Positions 18,582 through 26,701 of a stretch of 64,000 nucleotides of DNA are shown here, piece by piece (the stretch's first letter is position 1; each line of letters begins with the position of its first letter). The stretch is from an uncultured Candidatus Saccharibacteria bacterium (GTDB taxonomy: Bacteria > Patescibacteriota > Minisyncoccia > Phycocordibacterales > WO2-35-19), in the NCBI GenBank assembly GCA_964489135.1, contig CAZAXK010000001.1:20615-84614 (forward strand), in the 5' to 3' direction. Below the pieces are notes generated by a model. The model was not told the DNA's origin, searched no databases, and saw nothing but the letters and a program-made list of their open reading frames with translations. The translations under genes and the position numbers were made by a program.

Positions 18582-18986
18582 ATGACAGAGAAAGCAAAAG
18601 ACAAATACATAGAAGCCGTAGGACGCAGAAAGACCGCTATCGCCCGCGTGCGCCTAACCCCAAGCTCCAAGACTTCCTACAAAGTGAACGAGCGTGATCT
18701 CGCAACCTACTTCCCAACAGAAGAATTGCGCAAGGTCGCCGAAGAGGCGATTGGTAAGGTCAAGGGGGCTCACTTTGCTGTTTCTGCTCAACTTAAGGGT
18801 GGTGGTATACACTCACAGGCCGAAGCACTTCGCCACGGTATCGCAAGAGCCCTAGTGCTCCACGAAGCCGGAGCCAAGAGCTTGCTCAAGCCGGCTGGAC
18901 TATTGAAACGCGACCCTCGCGCCAAGGAACGACGTAAATTCGGTCTCAAGAAAGCCCGCAAAGCCCCACAATGGAGTAAACGCTAG
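18582..18986 (+). CDS. rpsI: 30S ribosomal protein S9
   Basis: GRRKTAIARVRL...GGGIHSQAEALRHGIARAL...RDPRAKERRKFGLKKARKAPQWSKR. Confidence 0.95.
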   Translation: MTEKAKDKYIEAVGRRKTAIARVRLTPSSKTSYKVNERDLATYFPTEELRKVAEEAIGKVKGAHFAVSAQLKGGGIHSQAEALRHGIARALVLHEAGAKSLLKPAGLLKRDPRAKERRKFGLKKARKAPQWSKR

Positions 18987-19142
18987 TCTCGCTCTATTGA
19001 CCATAATCCCCCCAACCCCCTTTACCCTAAAGTGGGGAACGCGCAACTCATTGTTAATTTTGCGTGTTATAAATGGTAGTCACTCCCTCTTTAACGTAAA
19101 AGGGAGCCGGAGGGAGATTAGAAAATAAGTTATAATAGGAAT

Positions 19143-19685
19143 ATGGATGAGGACGATATAAAAATTGAAGAAGAGATCGACGAAGATGGTGGGGCGGACC
19201 AGACAGCCACGATAAAGAAACTTCGCGAAAAGCTCAAAGAGGCCCAAAAGAAGGCCGATGAGTATTTGGTTGGCTGGCAGAAGGAGAGGGCTGATGCGGT
19301 AAACTTGCGCAAACGCCTCGAGGAAGAGAAGAAAGACTTCGCCAAGTTTGCCAAAGAAGACATCGCGACCGAAATAATCCCCGTCCTTGATTCCTTCGAA
19401 TCAGCATTCAAAAATAAAGAAGCGTGGGAGAAGGTAGACAAAAACTGGCGCATCGGGGTCGAATACATCCACACCCAACTCGTCAATGTGCTCAGTAACC
19501 ACGGCGTTTCGGTAGTCAATCCGCTAGGACAGATGTTTGATCCCCAAAGAGACGAGGCGATCGAGATTATCGAGGTAAAGGATGAGGCAGAAGATCACAA
19601 AATACTTGAGGTGGTGAGCGTCGGCTACAAGCTTCAAGACAAGCTCATCCGTGCTCCCAAGGTCAAAATCGGCCAAAAAAATTAG
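19143..19685 (+). CDS. grpE: nucleotide exchange factor GrpE
   Basis: Acidic N-terminus, coiled coil, then the GrpE core (WQKERADAVNLRKR...IIPVLDSFE...GVEYIHTQL...FDPQRDEAI). TATAAT at 19131-19136 lies 6 nt before the ATG. Confidence 0.9.
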   Translation: MDEDDIKIEEEIDEDGGADQTATIKKLREKLKEAQKKADEYLVGWQKERADAVNLRKRLEEEKKDFAKFAKEDIATEIIPVLDSFESAFKNKEAWEKVDKNWRIGVEYIHTQLVNVLSNHGVSVVNPLGQMFDPQRDEAIEIIEVKDEAEDHKILEVVSVGYKLQDKLIRAPKVKIGQKN

Positions 19686-19699
19686 ACAATAAAATAAAT

Positions 19700-19728
19700 T
19701 TGAAAGCCACGGATTATAGCAGTATAAT
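19700..19728 (+). promoter_or_regulatory. sigma-70-type promoter upstream of dnaK (TTGAAA-N17-TATAAT)
   Basis: TTGAAA 19700-19705, 17-nt spacer, TATAAT 19723-19728. Confidence 0.45.
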
Positions 19729-19769
19729 TTGTGAACAAAAATTGTTATCAACCCCTAATCTTTAATGCT

Positions 19770-21638
19770 ATGTCAAAAATAATCGGAATTGATCTTGGTA
19801 CTACCAACAGTGCGGTTGCGGTCATGGAGGCAGGCAACCCAAAGATTATTGAGAACGCCGAGGGTGCTCGCACCACTCCTTCTATTGTCGCCATATCCAA
19901 AACCGGTGAGCGACTAGTCGGTCTGCTTGCAAGACGTCAGGCGGTCACCAACCCCAAAAATACCGTATTCGGCATAAAAAGATTCATCGGCCACAACTTT
20001 GAGGAAGAGGCGATCCAGAAAGACAAGACAACTGTGCCTTACGAAATGTCCAAGTCCGCGACTGGCGGTGTAAATGTAAAGATTGGCGACAAAGATCATC
20101 GACCGGAAGAGATCTCTGCCATGATCCTCGGCAAGCTCAAGGCCGATGCCGAAGCCAAGCTCGGAGAAAAAATCACTGAGGCCATCATCACCGTACCGGC
20201 CTACTTCAACGATGCTCAGCGCAAGGCCACCAAAGACGCAGGGGCAATCGCCGGCCTCGACGTAAAGCGCATAATCAACGAGCCGACAGCAGCCGCGCTC
20301 GCTTACGGATTTAATAAAAAGAAAGATGAGCAGATCGCCGTCTTCGACTTTGGTGGCGGTACCTTCGATATTTCTATTCTCGAAGTGGGGGATGATGTCG
20401 TCGAAGTAAAGTCGACCGATGGCGACAGCCACCTCGGCGGTAAAGACATCGACCAGAAGATAATCCACTGGCTCGCCGACGAATTCAAAAAGGAAAGCGG
20501 TATCGACATCACCAAAGACGCCCTCGCTCTTCAACGCCTCGACGAAGCTGCCGAGAAAGCCAAGATCGAACTCTCGACTGCGATGGAGACGGAAGTCAAT
20601 ATTCCTTTTATCACTTCCGATTCTTCCGGCCCACGACACCTGCTAATCAAAATGACCCGAGCCAAGCTCGAAGAACTCGCCGACGAATTTATCCAAAGAG
20701 CCATGGTTATCACCAAACGAGCGATCGAAGCATCACCCTTCAAGGTCGGGGACATCGATGAAGTAGTACTCGTCGGCGGTCAGACCCGCATGCCAAAAAT
20801 CGTAGAGGAAGTTAAGAAGTTTTTCGGCAAGGAACCAAACAAATCGATCAACCCCGACGAAGTGGTAGCACTAGGTGCTGCCATTCAGGGCGGTATCATC
20901 GGAGGCGACGTCAAAGACATCCTGCTCCTCGACGTTATCCCTCTTTCATTCGGTATCGAAACCATGGGCGGAGTGAACACCAAATTGATCGAGAAGAACA
21001 CGACCGTACCAGCTTCGAGAAGCCAAGTATTCTCGACAGCTGCCGACAATCAGACGAGCGTCGAGATCCATGTGGTGCAAGGTGAGCGACCGCTCGCCTC
21101 CGACAATAGGAGCTTGGGCCGATTTATACTCGACGGCATAGCACCGGCTCCGCGCGGCGTGCCTCAAGTCGAAGTTACTTTCGACATCGACGCGAACGGT
21201 ATACTAAACGTCAAAGCCAAGGACAAGGCGACGGGTAAAGAGCAGTCCATCCGCATCGAAGCATCTTCGGGCTTGTCGAGCGAGGAGATCGAGAAGATGA
21301 AGAAAGAAGCCGAAGCTCACGCTTCAGACGACCAGAAGAAGAAAGAGCTCATCGAAACTCGCAACCTCGCAGAGCAGACAATATATATCGCCGAAAAGGG
21401 CCTCAAAGACGCTGAGGGTAAAATAACCGATGAAATAAAGAGCGGGGTAGAAACCAAAATCAAAGAATTAAAGGATGTCAAAGATAAGGACGATCTTGGA
21501 ACCATCAAGACTGCGACAGAAGCTCTAGCAAGAGAGATGCAAAAGATAGGTGAGTACCTAAACAAAAACCCACAGTCGGAACCAAAAAACGACGCGCCTG
21601 CCGAGAGCTCGAGCGAGCCCGAAGCAGACAAATCCTAA
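19770..21638 (+). CDS. dnaK: molecular chaperone DnaK (Hsp70)
   Basis: Start at [18 protein letters not shown] (ATG 19770). DnaK signatures [22 protein letters not shown] and [10 protein letters not shown]. Confidence 0.95.
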   Translation: MSKIIGIDLGTTNSAVAVMEAGNPKIIENAEGARTTPSIVAISKTGERLVGLLARRQAVTNPKNTVFGIKRFIGHNFEEEAIQKDKTTVPYEMSKSATGGVNVKIGDKDHRPEEISAMILGKLKADAEAKLGEKITEAIITVPAYFNDAQRKATKDAGAIAGLDVKRIINEPTAAALAYGFNKKKDEQIAVFDFGGGTFDISILEVGDDVVEVKSTDGDSHLGGKDIDQKIIHWLADEFKKESGIDITKDALALQRLDEAAEKAKIELSTAMETEVNIPFITSDSSGPRHLLIKMTRAKLEELADEFIQRAMVITKRAIEASPFKVGDIDEVVLVGGQTRMPKIVEEVKKFFGKEPNKSINPDEVVALGAAIQGGIIGGDVKDILLLDVIPLSFGIETMGGVNTKLIEKNTTVPASRSQVFSTAADNQTSVEIHVVQGERPLASDNRSLGRFILDGIAPAPRGVPQVEVTFDIDANGILNVKAKDKATGKEQSIRIEASSGLSSEEIEKMKKEAEAHASDDQKKKELIETRNLAEQTIYIAEKGLKDAEGKITDEIKSGVETKIKELKDVKDKDDLGTIKTATEALAREMQKIGEYLNKNPQSEPKNDAPAESSSEPEADKS

Positions 21639-21727
21639 AAAATCTGATATAATTAGTCTACGATTCGGTATTGGTATTGATTTGTATCATTCGAATGAAT
21701 TCGTATATTTGTATCACACAATAAATT

Positions 21728-22819
21728 ATGGCAAAAAACTACTACGACATACTAGGGGTAGACAAAAAGGCGACCAAAGACGACATAAAGAAGGCCTTTC
21801 GTAAACTCGCCCACCAATATCACCCCGACAAAAAAGGCGGGGATGCTGAGAAATTCAAGGAGGTCAACGAGGCCTACTCGGTTCTTTCTGACGATCAGAA
21901 GCGCTCACAATACGACACCTACGGGCAAACTTTTGCAGGCGGTAGCGGACCAAACGGCTTCCAAGGCAACTGGCAGGACTTTGCGGAGCAATTCCGCAAT
22001 TCCGGCTTCGACTTTTCTGGTGCCCAAGGTTTTGGTGGAGCTGAATTCGATCTAGGCGACATCTTCGGCGAATTTTTCGGCGGGCGTAGACAGGAAGCCA
22101 AGCGAGGGCGCGATATTTCAATCGACATCGAGCTCTCTTTCGAGGAAGCGATATTCGGCACAGAGCGCAACATTTTGCTCAACAAGGTTTCGGTCTGTCA
22201 GACCTGCACGGGCACGGGAGGCAAGAAGGGCACTGAGATGCAGGAGTGTAAGCAGTGCAACGGTAAAGGTAAGATTCGTGAGCTCAAGCGTTCTTTCTTT
22301 GGATCGATCGAGATGACCCGCACTTGCGAAGGTTGCAGTGGCACCGGCAAAGTGCCCAAGGAAAAGTGTCCAATCTGCGACGGGCTTGGTATTCTCAAGA
22401 AGCAAGATGAGATCAAGATAAAGGTCCCCGCCGGTATCGAAAACGGCGAGATGATCCGACTTTCCGGAGCAGGCGAAGCAGTGAAAGGCGGACAGAGTGG
22501 CGACCTGTATATCAAAACCCACGTCAAGAAACACAAAACATTCCAGAAGCAGGGCAACGACTTGGTGATGAATTTGGATGTAAAGCTTTCAGATGCCCTT
22601 CTCGGTGCCGAATACCAAATAGAGACACTCGACGGCAAAGTCGGTCTCAAAATACCGGAAGGCGCGAATACCGGAGAAATACTTCAGATAAAAGGCCGGG
22701 GCGTCCCGAACGGCAATCGTAGAGGCGATATACTGGTTCACCTCAAAGTGGCTCTACCCAAAAAGCTCAATAAATCAGCAAGGAATCTTATCGAAAAGCT
22801 CAAAGAAGAGGGGATTTAG
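21728..22819 (+). CDS. dnaJ: molecular chaperone DnaJ
   Basis: J domain with HPD (YHPDKK), G/F-rich region, four CxxCxGxG zinc-finger repeats. Confidence 0.95.
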   Translation: MAKNYYDILGVDKKATKDDIKKAFRKLAHQYHPDKKGGDAEKFKEVNEAYSVLSDDQKRSQYDTYGQTFAGGSGPNGFQGNWQDFAEQFRNSGFDFSGAQGFGGAEFDLGDIFGEFFGGRRQEAKRGRDISIDIELSFEEAIFGTERNILLNKVSVCQTCTGTGGKKGTEMQECKQCNGKGKIRELKRSFFGSIEMTRTCEGCSGTGKVPKEKCPICDGLGILKKQDEIKIKVPAGIENGEMIRLSGAGEAVKGGQSGDLYIKTHVKKHKTFQKQGNDLVMNLDVKLSDALLGAEYQIETLDGKVGLKIPEGANTGEILQIKGRGVPNGNRRGDILVHLKVALPKKLNKSARNLIEKLKEEGI

Positions 22820-23080
22820 CCCAATGGTCAAGCATTAGGGGATGGATTTTTGGTACAAAAAAAGGAGGGTCCCGGAGCTCTAGGAGCTACAACGACACCC
22901 TCCACCACGGCCGCCCGCCGAACTAAAGAACTTGAGGGCAAGCAAAGAGCAATTAAAGTGCTCGGATCTTTGGAGCGGGACATTTGTCCCTATCCCTCAC
23001 GTGCCTGCCCCACAGAAAGACTACACCCCTGCCCAAAACGTGTCAAGCATAGAGCGGTGTGCACAACTTTGGGGACCTGT
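22820..23080. ncRNA. candidate structured ncRNA: GC-rich, hairpin-dense intergenic block between dnaJ and a leaderless cupin gene (class undetermined)
   Basis: About 250 nt at well above the local GC. Perfect GGAGGGT(N26)ACCCTCC hairpin (22863-22902) and further stems. Translation in the open frame is low-complexity and non-protein-like. The downstream gene has its own TATAAT-N6-ATG. Weak resemblance to RNase P P4-region motifs (AGGAGGGUCCCGGAGCUCUAGG; ACAGAAAG) but motif order and length do not fit well. Confidence 0.25.
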
Positions 23081-23092
23081 TATAATAAACTC

Positions 23093-23488
23093 ATGAAAAA
23101 ATATTATTTTGAAAATATCGAGGAGGCCACGAAAGAGAACGACAACTTCCGCAAGGTCGTCTTTACTGGTCCACATAGCCAAGTGGTGCTTATGTCGCTT
23201 TTACCCGGCGAGGATATCGGAGCAGAAGTTCACACAGTTGACCAATTCTTCCGAATTGAAGCCGGTGAAGGCAAGGGGATTGTCGACGGCGAAGAATTTG
23301 ATGTTAGCGACGGCTCAGCCGTGCTCGTACCAGCCGGACTTGAGCACAATTTCATCAACACCGGATCAACCGAGCTCAAGCTCTACACCATCTACTCGCC
23401 AGCCAATCACATAGACGGTCGAATCCACAAAACCAAATCCGAAGCAATGTCCGACACCGAAGACGAAGAGTTTGGGCATAGCAATTAG
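23093..23488 (+). CDS. cupin domain protein
   Basis: Start at MKKYYF (ATG 23093), 6 nt after TATAAT 23081-23086. Cupin motifs G..HTVDQFFRIEAG.G and VLVPAGLEHNF. The ORF track start at 22850 runs through the GC-rich non-coding-looking block. Confidence 0.7.
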   Translation: MKKYYFENIEEATKENDNFRKVVFTGPHSQVVLMSLLPGEDIGAEVHTVDQFFRIEAGEGKGIVDGEEFDVSDGSAVLVPAGLEHNFINTGSTELKLYTIYSPANHIDGRIHKTKSEAMSDTEDEEFGHSN

Positions 23489-23489
23489 A

Positions 23490-23867
23490 ATGCATTTTGG
23501 AGAACATCTCACAATAGATGGCTACAGAGGTTCAAAAGAGAAGCTCGACAACAAGGAGCTTGTAATGAGGTGCCTCGACGAATTGCCCGAACTGCTCGGG
23601 ATGCACAAGCTTTCGAAGCCCGAGATATACCGAGCCGAGGGTAATGACAAGAAGGATCCGGGTGGCTGGAGCGGATTTGTGGTTATTGAGGAAAGCCATA
23701 TAAGCGTTCACACTTTCCCTGAAAGAGAGTTTGTCAGCGCCGACGTTTATACCTGCAAAAACGGCATGGACAATGAATTTATCCTGTCATTTTTCAAATC
23801 CACTTTTGACCTTCAGGAGATAGAACATAACTTTATAATAAGAGGTACAAAATATGAATCCAATTAA
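23490..23867 (+). CDS. speH: S-adenosylmethionine decarboxylase proenzyme (SpeH-type)
   Basis: ESHISVHTFPE self-processing motif of pyruvoyl-dependent AdoMetDC. ATG 23490 is 1 nt after the cupin stop. Confidence 0.85.
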   Translation: MHFGEHLTIDGYRGSKEKLDNKELVMRCLDELPELLGMHKLSKPEIYRAEGNDKKDPGGWSGFVVIEESHISVHTFPEREFVSADVYTCKNGMDNEFILSFFKSTFDLQEIEHNFIIRGTKYESN

Positions 23868-24000
23868 GATAGACAAAAAATCAAAATTTTTATTTGCAAT
23901 TTTCTTTATTTTTTTTGTAATTTCAGTCGTCCTCACTTACAAAAGATATATTTCTGACAGAAATTTTGATGTTATCAGTTCAGAACCAGCCGAAGGCTGA
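23854..24000 (+). CDS. possible small membrane protein (48 aa)
   Basis: ATG 23854 to TGA 23998-24000. MNPIKIDKKSKFLFAIFFIFFVISVVLTYKRYISDRNFDVISSEPAEG has a single TM helix. Overlaps the speH 3' end by 14 nt. Speculative. Confidence 0.25.
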   Translation: MNPIKIDKKSKFLFAIFFIFFVISVVLTYKRYISDRNFDVISSEPAEG

Positions 24001-24008
24001 TAGTCATT

Positions 24009-24593
24009 ATGATAATATTTGAAACGGCACGATTATTCGGGCTCATCGCAGGTGTTATCTCTTTTCTTGCTTATCTGGTATACATTATTTCTATCTTAAA
24101 GGGGAAAACAAGACCTAATAGGGCAACATGGTGGATTCTAACATTTGTTGGAACGGTGACCGGCCTGAGCTATTACTTTTCCGGAGCCACAGAAACCATC
24201 TGGGTTGCCATAGCGGATGTATTTGGAATACTCATAATAGCAATCCTGTCTATAAAGTACGGCGAGGGCGGAAAAAATAAACTAGACATCACCTGTTTTT
24301 TTGTATCCATATTTAGCCTAGTAATTTGGTACCTGTCGGGTAGTCCTGTTGTAGCCCTTATTATGAACTTACTAATGGATTTTGTAGGCAATATTCCAAC
24401 AATCAAAAAATCCTATCTTGACCCCAAGGGAGAGAGTGGCCTTTCTTGGTCCCTTACCTCTTTAGGCAACATAATAAATTTCGGAGCAATTACTTCCATG
24501 TCCTTCGGTGTTCTTATTTACCCGATATACATGACTGTGGTGAGTTGCCTCATTACCATTTTGCTCTATCGAAATAAGATCTGCTTCCGATAA
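24009..24593 (+). CDS. hypothetical polytopic membrane protein
   Basis: 194 aa with about 6 predicted hydrophobic helices and no catalytic motif. Confidence 0.5.
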   Translation: MIIFETARLFGLIAGVISFLAYLVYIISILKGKTRPNRATWWILTFVGTVTGLSYYFSGATETIWVAIADVFGILIIAILSIKYGEGGKNKLDITCFFVSIFSLVIWYLSGSPVVALIMNLLMDFVGNIPTIKKSYLDPKGESGLSWSLTSLGNIINFGAITSMSFGVLIYPIYMTVVSCLITILLYRNKICFR

Positions 24594-24594
24594 A

Positions 24595-24996
24595 CTAAAT
24601 CAATTCCTGCCTAGACATGCCATGCCTAGCAAAATAATCTGAGTCGAACATAAAATAGTCACAAAGAAATTCATCACCCGGCTGAATATCAGTAGACGCA
24701 ACATCCTGTCTCGGTGTTGAGGCAATATTTATTAGTTCTTTTTTTTCCGAGTGGTTTATATATCTCTGATCATCAGCACATAGAACAAATTTGTTTAGTT
24801 CCGCATCGAAATATGCGTATTTGTACATATATTCTCTGTTGATTTCTGGAAGATTATCGATCTCTTCCTTGGTCAAACACATATCCATGCTCGAGTCATA
24901 TTTCCATGTAACGGTTCCCGCTTTAATAAACTGGTCGGCAAAAAGACCCCAACCATGAATATTGCTTTTGCCAATTTTGGCTTTTACTCTCAACAT
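24595..24996 (-). CDS. SET domain-containing protein (putative protein-lysine methyltransferase)
   Basis: GWGLFA start of the SET core, RYINHS (cf. RFINHSC) and C-terminal EFLCDYFMFD (cf. ELxFDY) motifs. Confidence 0.65.
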   Translation of the reverse strand: MLRVKAKIGKSNIHGWGLFADQFIKAGTVTWKYDSSMDMCLTKEEIDNLPEINREYMYKYAYFDAELNKFVLCADDQRYINHSEKKELINIASTPRQDVASTDIQPGDEFLCDYFMFDSDYFARHGMSRQELI

Positions 24997-25036
24997 AATG
25001 AATGGTTTTTAAAAATTAAGCTCTTATAATACGAAC

Positions 25037-26692
25037 ATGGAAATACCTTTTTGTGGTCCAATAAACGCATTATACCTGATTCTTTCTCCCAATGTTCCAG
25101 CCTTTGTGTATTATTCTCATTTTATAGCCATCGCTTCTTCTCTCGTCCTTATTTTATACATTGCAAGGTTTAACCAGAATCGATCAGTCGGAAAGGTAGT
25201 GTTATTTACTTTTACATCATTTTTGACGTGGGTGGTTTCTGCCATAATATTTTGGGCTAGCAATCGCGGAGATGTAATTATGTTTACATGGTCGTTAGAT
25301 ATACTTGTTGAACCTCTCGTCTATATTGGGGGATTTTATCTGCTTTATATGACCTTCGAGAAAAGAGACCTCCCCTTTAAAGCAAAAATGTTCCTGTTTT
25401 TTGCATATTTACCAATGCTGATTTTTATATCGACAAAATATACATTGTCACAATTTGATGTTAGCACATGTCTCGTTACCGAAGGCTTTATAGCTAAATA
25501 TTACACTTATGCACTGGAGGCGCTGATGACGATAATCATCATCTGCTATTCGGTTCACCGATACAAAAACCCAAAAGATCTAAACAAAAAAGAAATAGTG
25601 TCTCTGTCAGCAGGAATCATATTATTCTTATTTGCCTTTGCTTGGGGAAACATAATCGGTAGCTTTACAGACAATTGGCAGTTGGGCCAGTATGGATTAT
25701 TTGGAATGCCCATATTTACCGGCTTCCTAGCATATTCGATAGTAAAATTCAGAACTTTTAATATAAAGCTTATCGGGACACAGGCATTGGTTGTCGCATT
25801 ATGGATAACGTTATTCGCTGTCTTGTTCATAAGAACAATCGAGAACGTGCGTGTAGTTACATCTCTGACCCTAATATTATTCTTAATAATAGGCATGGTA
25901 TTGATCCGCTCGGTCAAACGCGAAGTGGAGCAACGAGAAAAAATTGAAAAGCTCGCTATTGATTTGGAGCGGGCGAATGAGAAGCTGACCGAGCTTGATC
26001 AGATGAAGACCGAGTTCCTCTCGCTTGCCACTCACCAGATCAGAAGCCCGCTCACTGCGATCAAAGGTTACTCCTCAATGCTTCTTGAGGGCGATTTCGG
26101 CGAGCTCTCGATTAAATCGAAAGGGGCGATAAAAACTATTTTTGCATCTTGTCAGCACCTTATCGATATTGTCGAGGACTTCCTCAATATTTCTCGTATT
26201 GAGCAAGGCAGGATGGTCTACAACAAAGAAAAGTTGAGTTTGAAGGATCTGGCCAAGGAGGCGACAACCGAGCTTTTGCCCAACGCCGAAAAGAAAGGAT
26301 TGAAAATCGATCTCCAAACCACAGACACAGCCCCGATCTCGGTCAATGCCGACAAGAACAAACTCAAACAAATTTTGCACGACCTCGTCGACAATGCGAT
26401 CAAATACACCAGAGCCGGCAACATTGAAGTACGGGTTTGGCGCGATCATGAGGACGCTTTTGTGTCAGTCAAAGATACTGGAGTAGGGATGGACCCCAAA
26501 GACATGGAACGGCTTTTCAACAAATTTTCCCGAGCAAAAGACGCCTTCAAACAAGATGTTACCGGCACCGGCCTCGGGCTGTATATCGCTCAAAAAATGA
26601 CGGAGGCCCATGGAGGCAAAATAACAGCCGAAAGTCAGGGGCGAGGCAAGGGCTCGACCTTCACGATTGTCCTGCCTCTCGCGACGGGGTAA
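25037..26692 (+). CDS. sensor histidine kinase with polytopic membrane sensor domain
   Basis: About 8 N-terminal TM helices, then HisKA (LSLATHQIRSPLTAIKGYSSML) and HATPase_c (DNAIKYT..G.GLGL..) domains. TATAAT at 25025-25030 lies 6 nt before the ATG. No response regulator in the window. Confidence 0.85.
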   Translation: MEIPFCGPINALYLILSPNVPAFVYYSHFIAIASSLVLILYIARFNQNRSVGKVVLFTFTSFLTWVVSAIIFWASNRGDVIMFTWSLDILVEPLVYIGGFYLLYMTFEKRDLPFKAKMFLFFAYLPMLIFISTKYTLSQFDVSTCLVTEGFIAKYYTYALEALMTIIIICYSVHRYKNPKDLNKKEIVSLSAGIILFLFAFAWGNIIGSFTDNWQLGQYGLFGMPIFTGFLAYSIVKFRTFNIKLIGTQALVVALWITLFAVLFIRTIENVRVVTSLTLILFLIIGMVLIRSVKREVEQREKIEKLAIDLERANEKLTELDQMKTEFLSLATHQIRSPLTAIKGYSSMLLEGDFGELSIKSKGAIKTIFASCQHLIDIVEDFLNISRIEQGRMVYNKEKLSLKDLAKEATTELLPNAEKKGLKIDLQTTDTAPISVNADKNKLKQILHDLVDNAIKYTRAGNIEVRVWRDHEDAFVSVKDTGVGMDPKDMERLFNKFSRAKDAFKQDVTGTGLGLYIAQKMTEAHGGKITAESQGRGKGSTFTIVLPLATG

Positions 26693-26701
26693 AATGGGCG
26701 A

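Noticed and set aside
19060-19140. CIRCE/HrcA operator upstream of grpE
   Set aside because: Only a loose similarity (TAGTCACTC) to the TTAGCACTC half-site, with no matching inverted half at the right spacing.
19914-20639. 241-aa minus-strand ORF inside dnaK
   Set aside because: Antisense to a strongly conserved dnaK coding region, with no motifs. Long antisense ORFs are expected opposite GC3-rich coding sequence.
22850-23092. N-terminal 80-aa extension of the cupin ORF as called by the ORF track (TTG start)
   Set aside because: The translation (…GPGALGATTTPSTTAARRTKELEGKQRAIKVLGSLERDICPYPSRACP…) is low-complexity and sits in the GC-rich hairpin block. A TATAAT-N6-ATG start at 23093 is a far better gene start.
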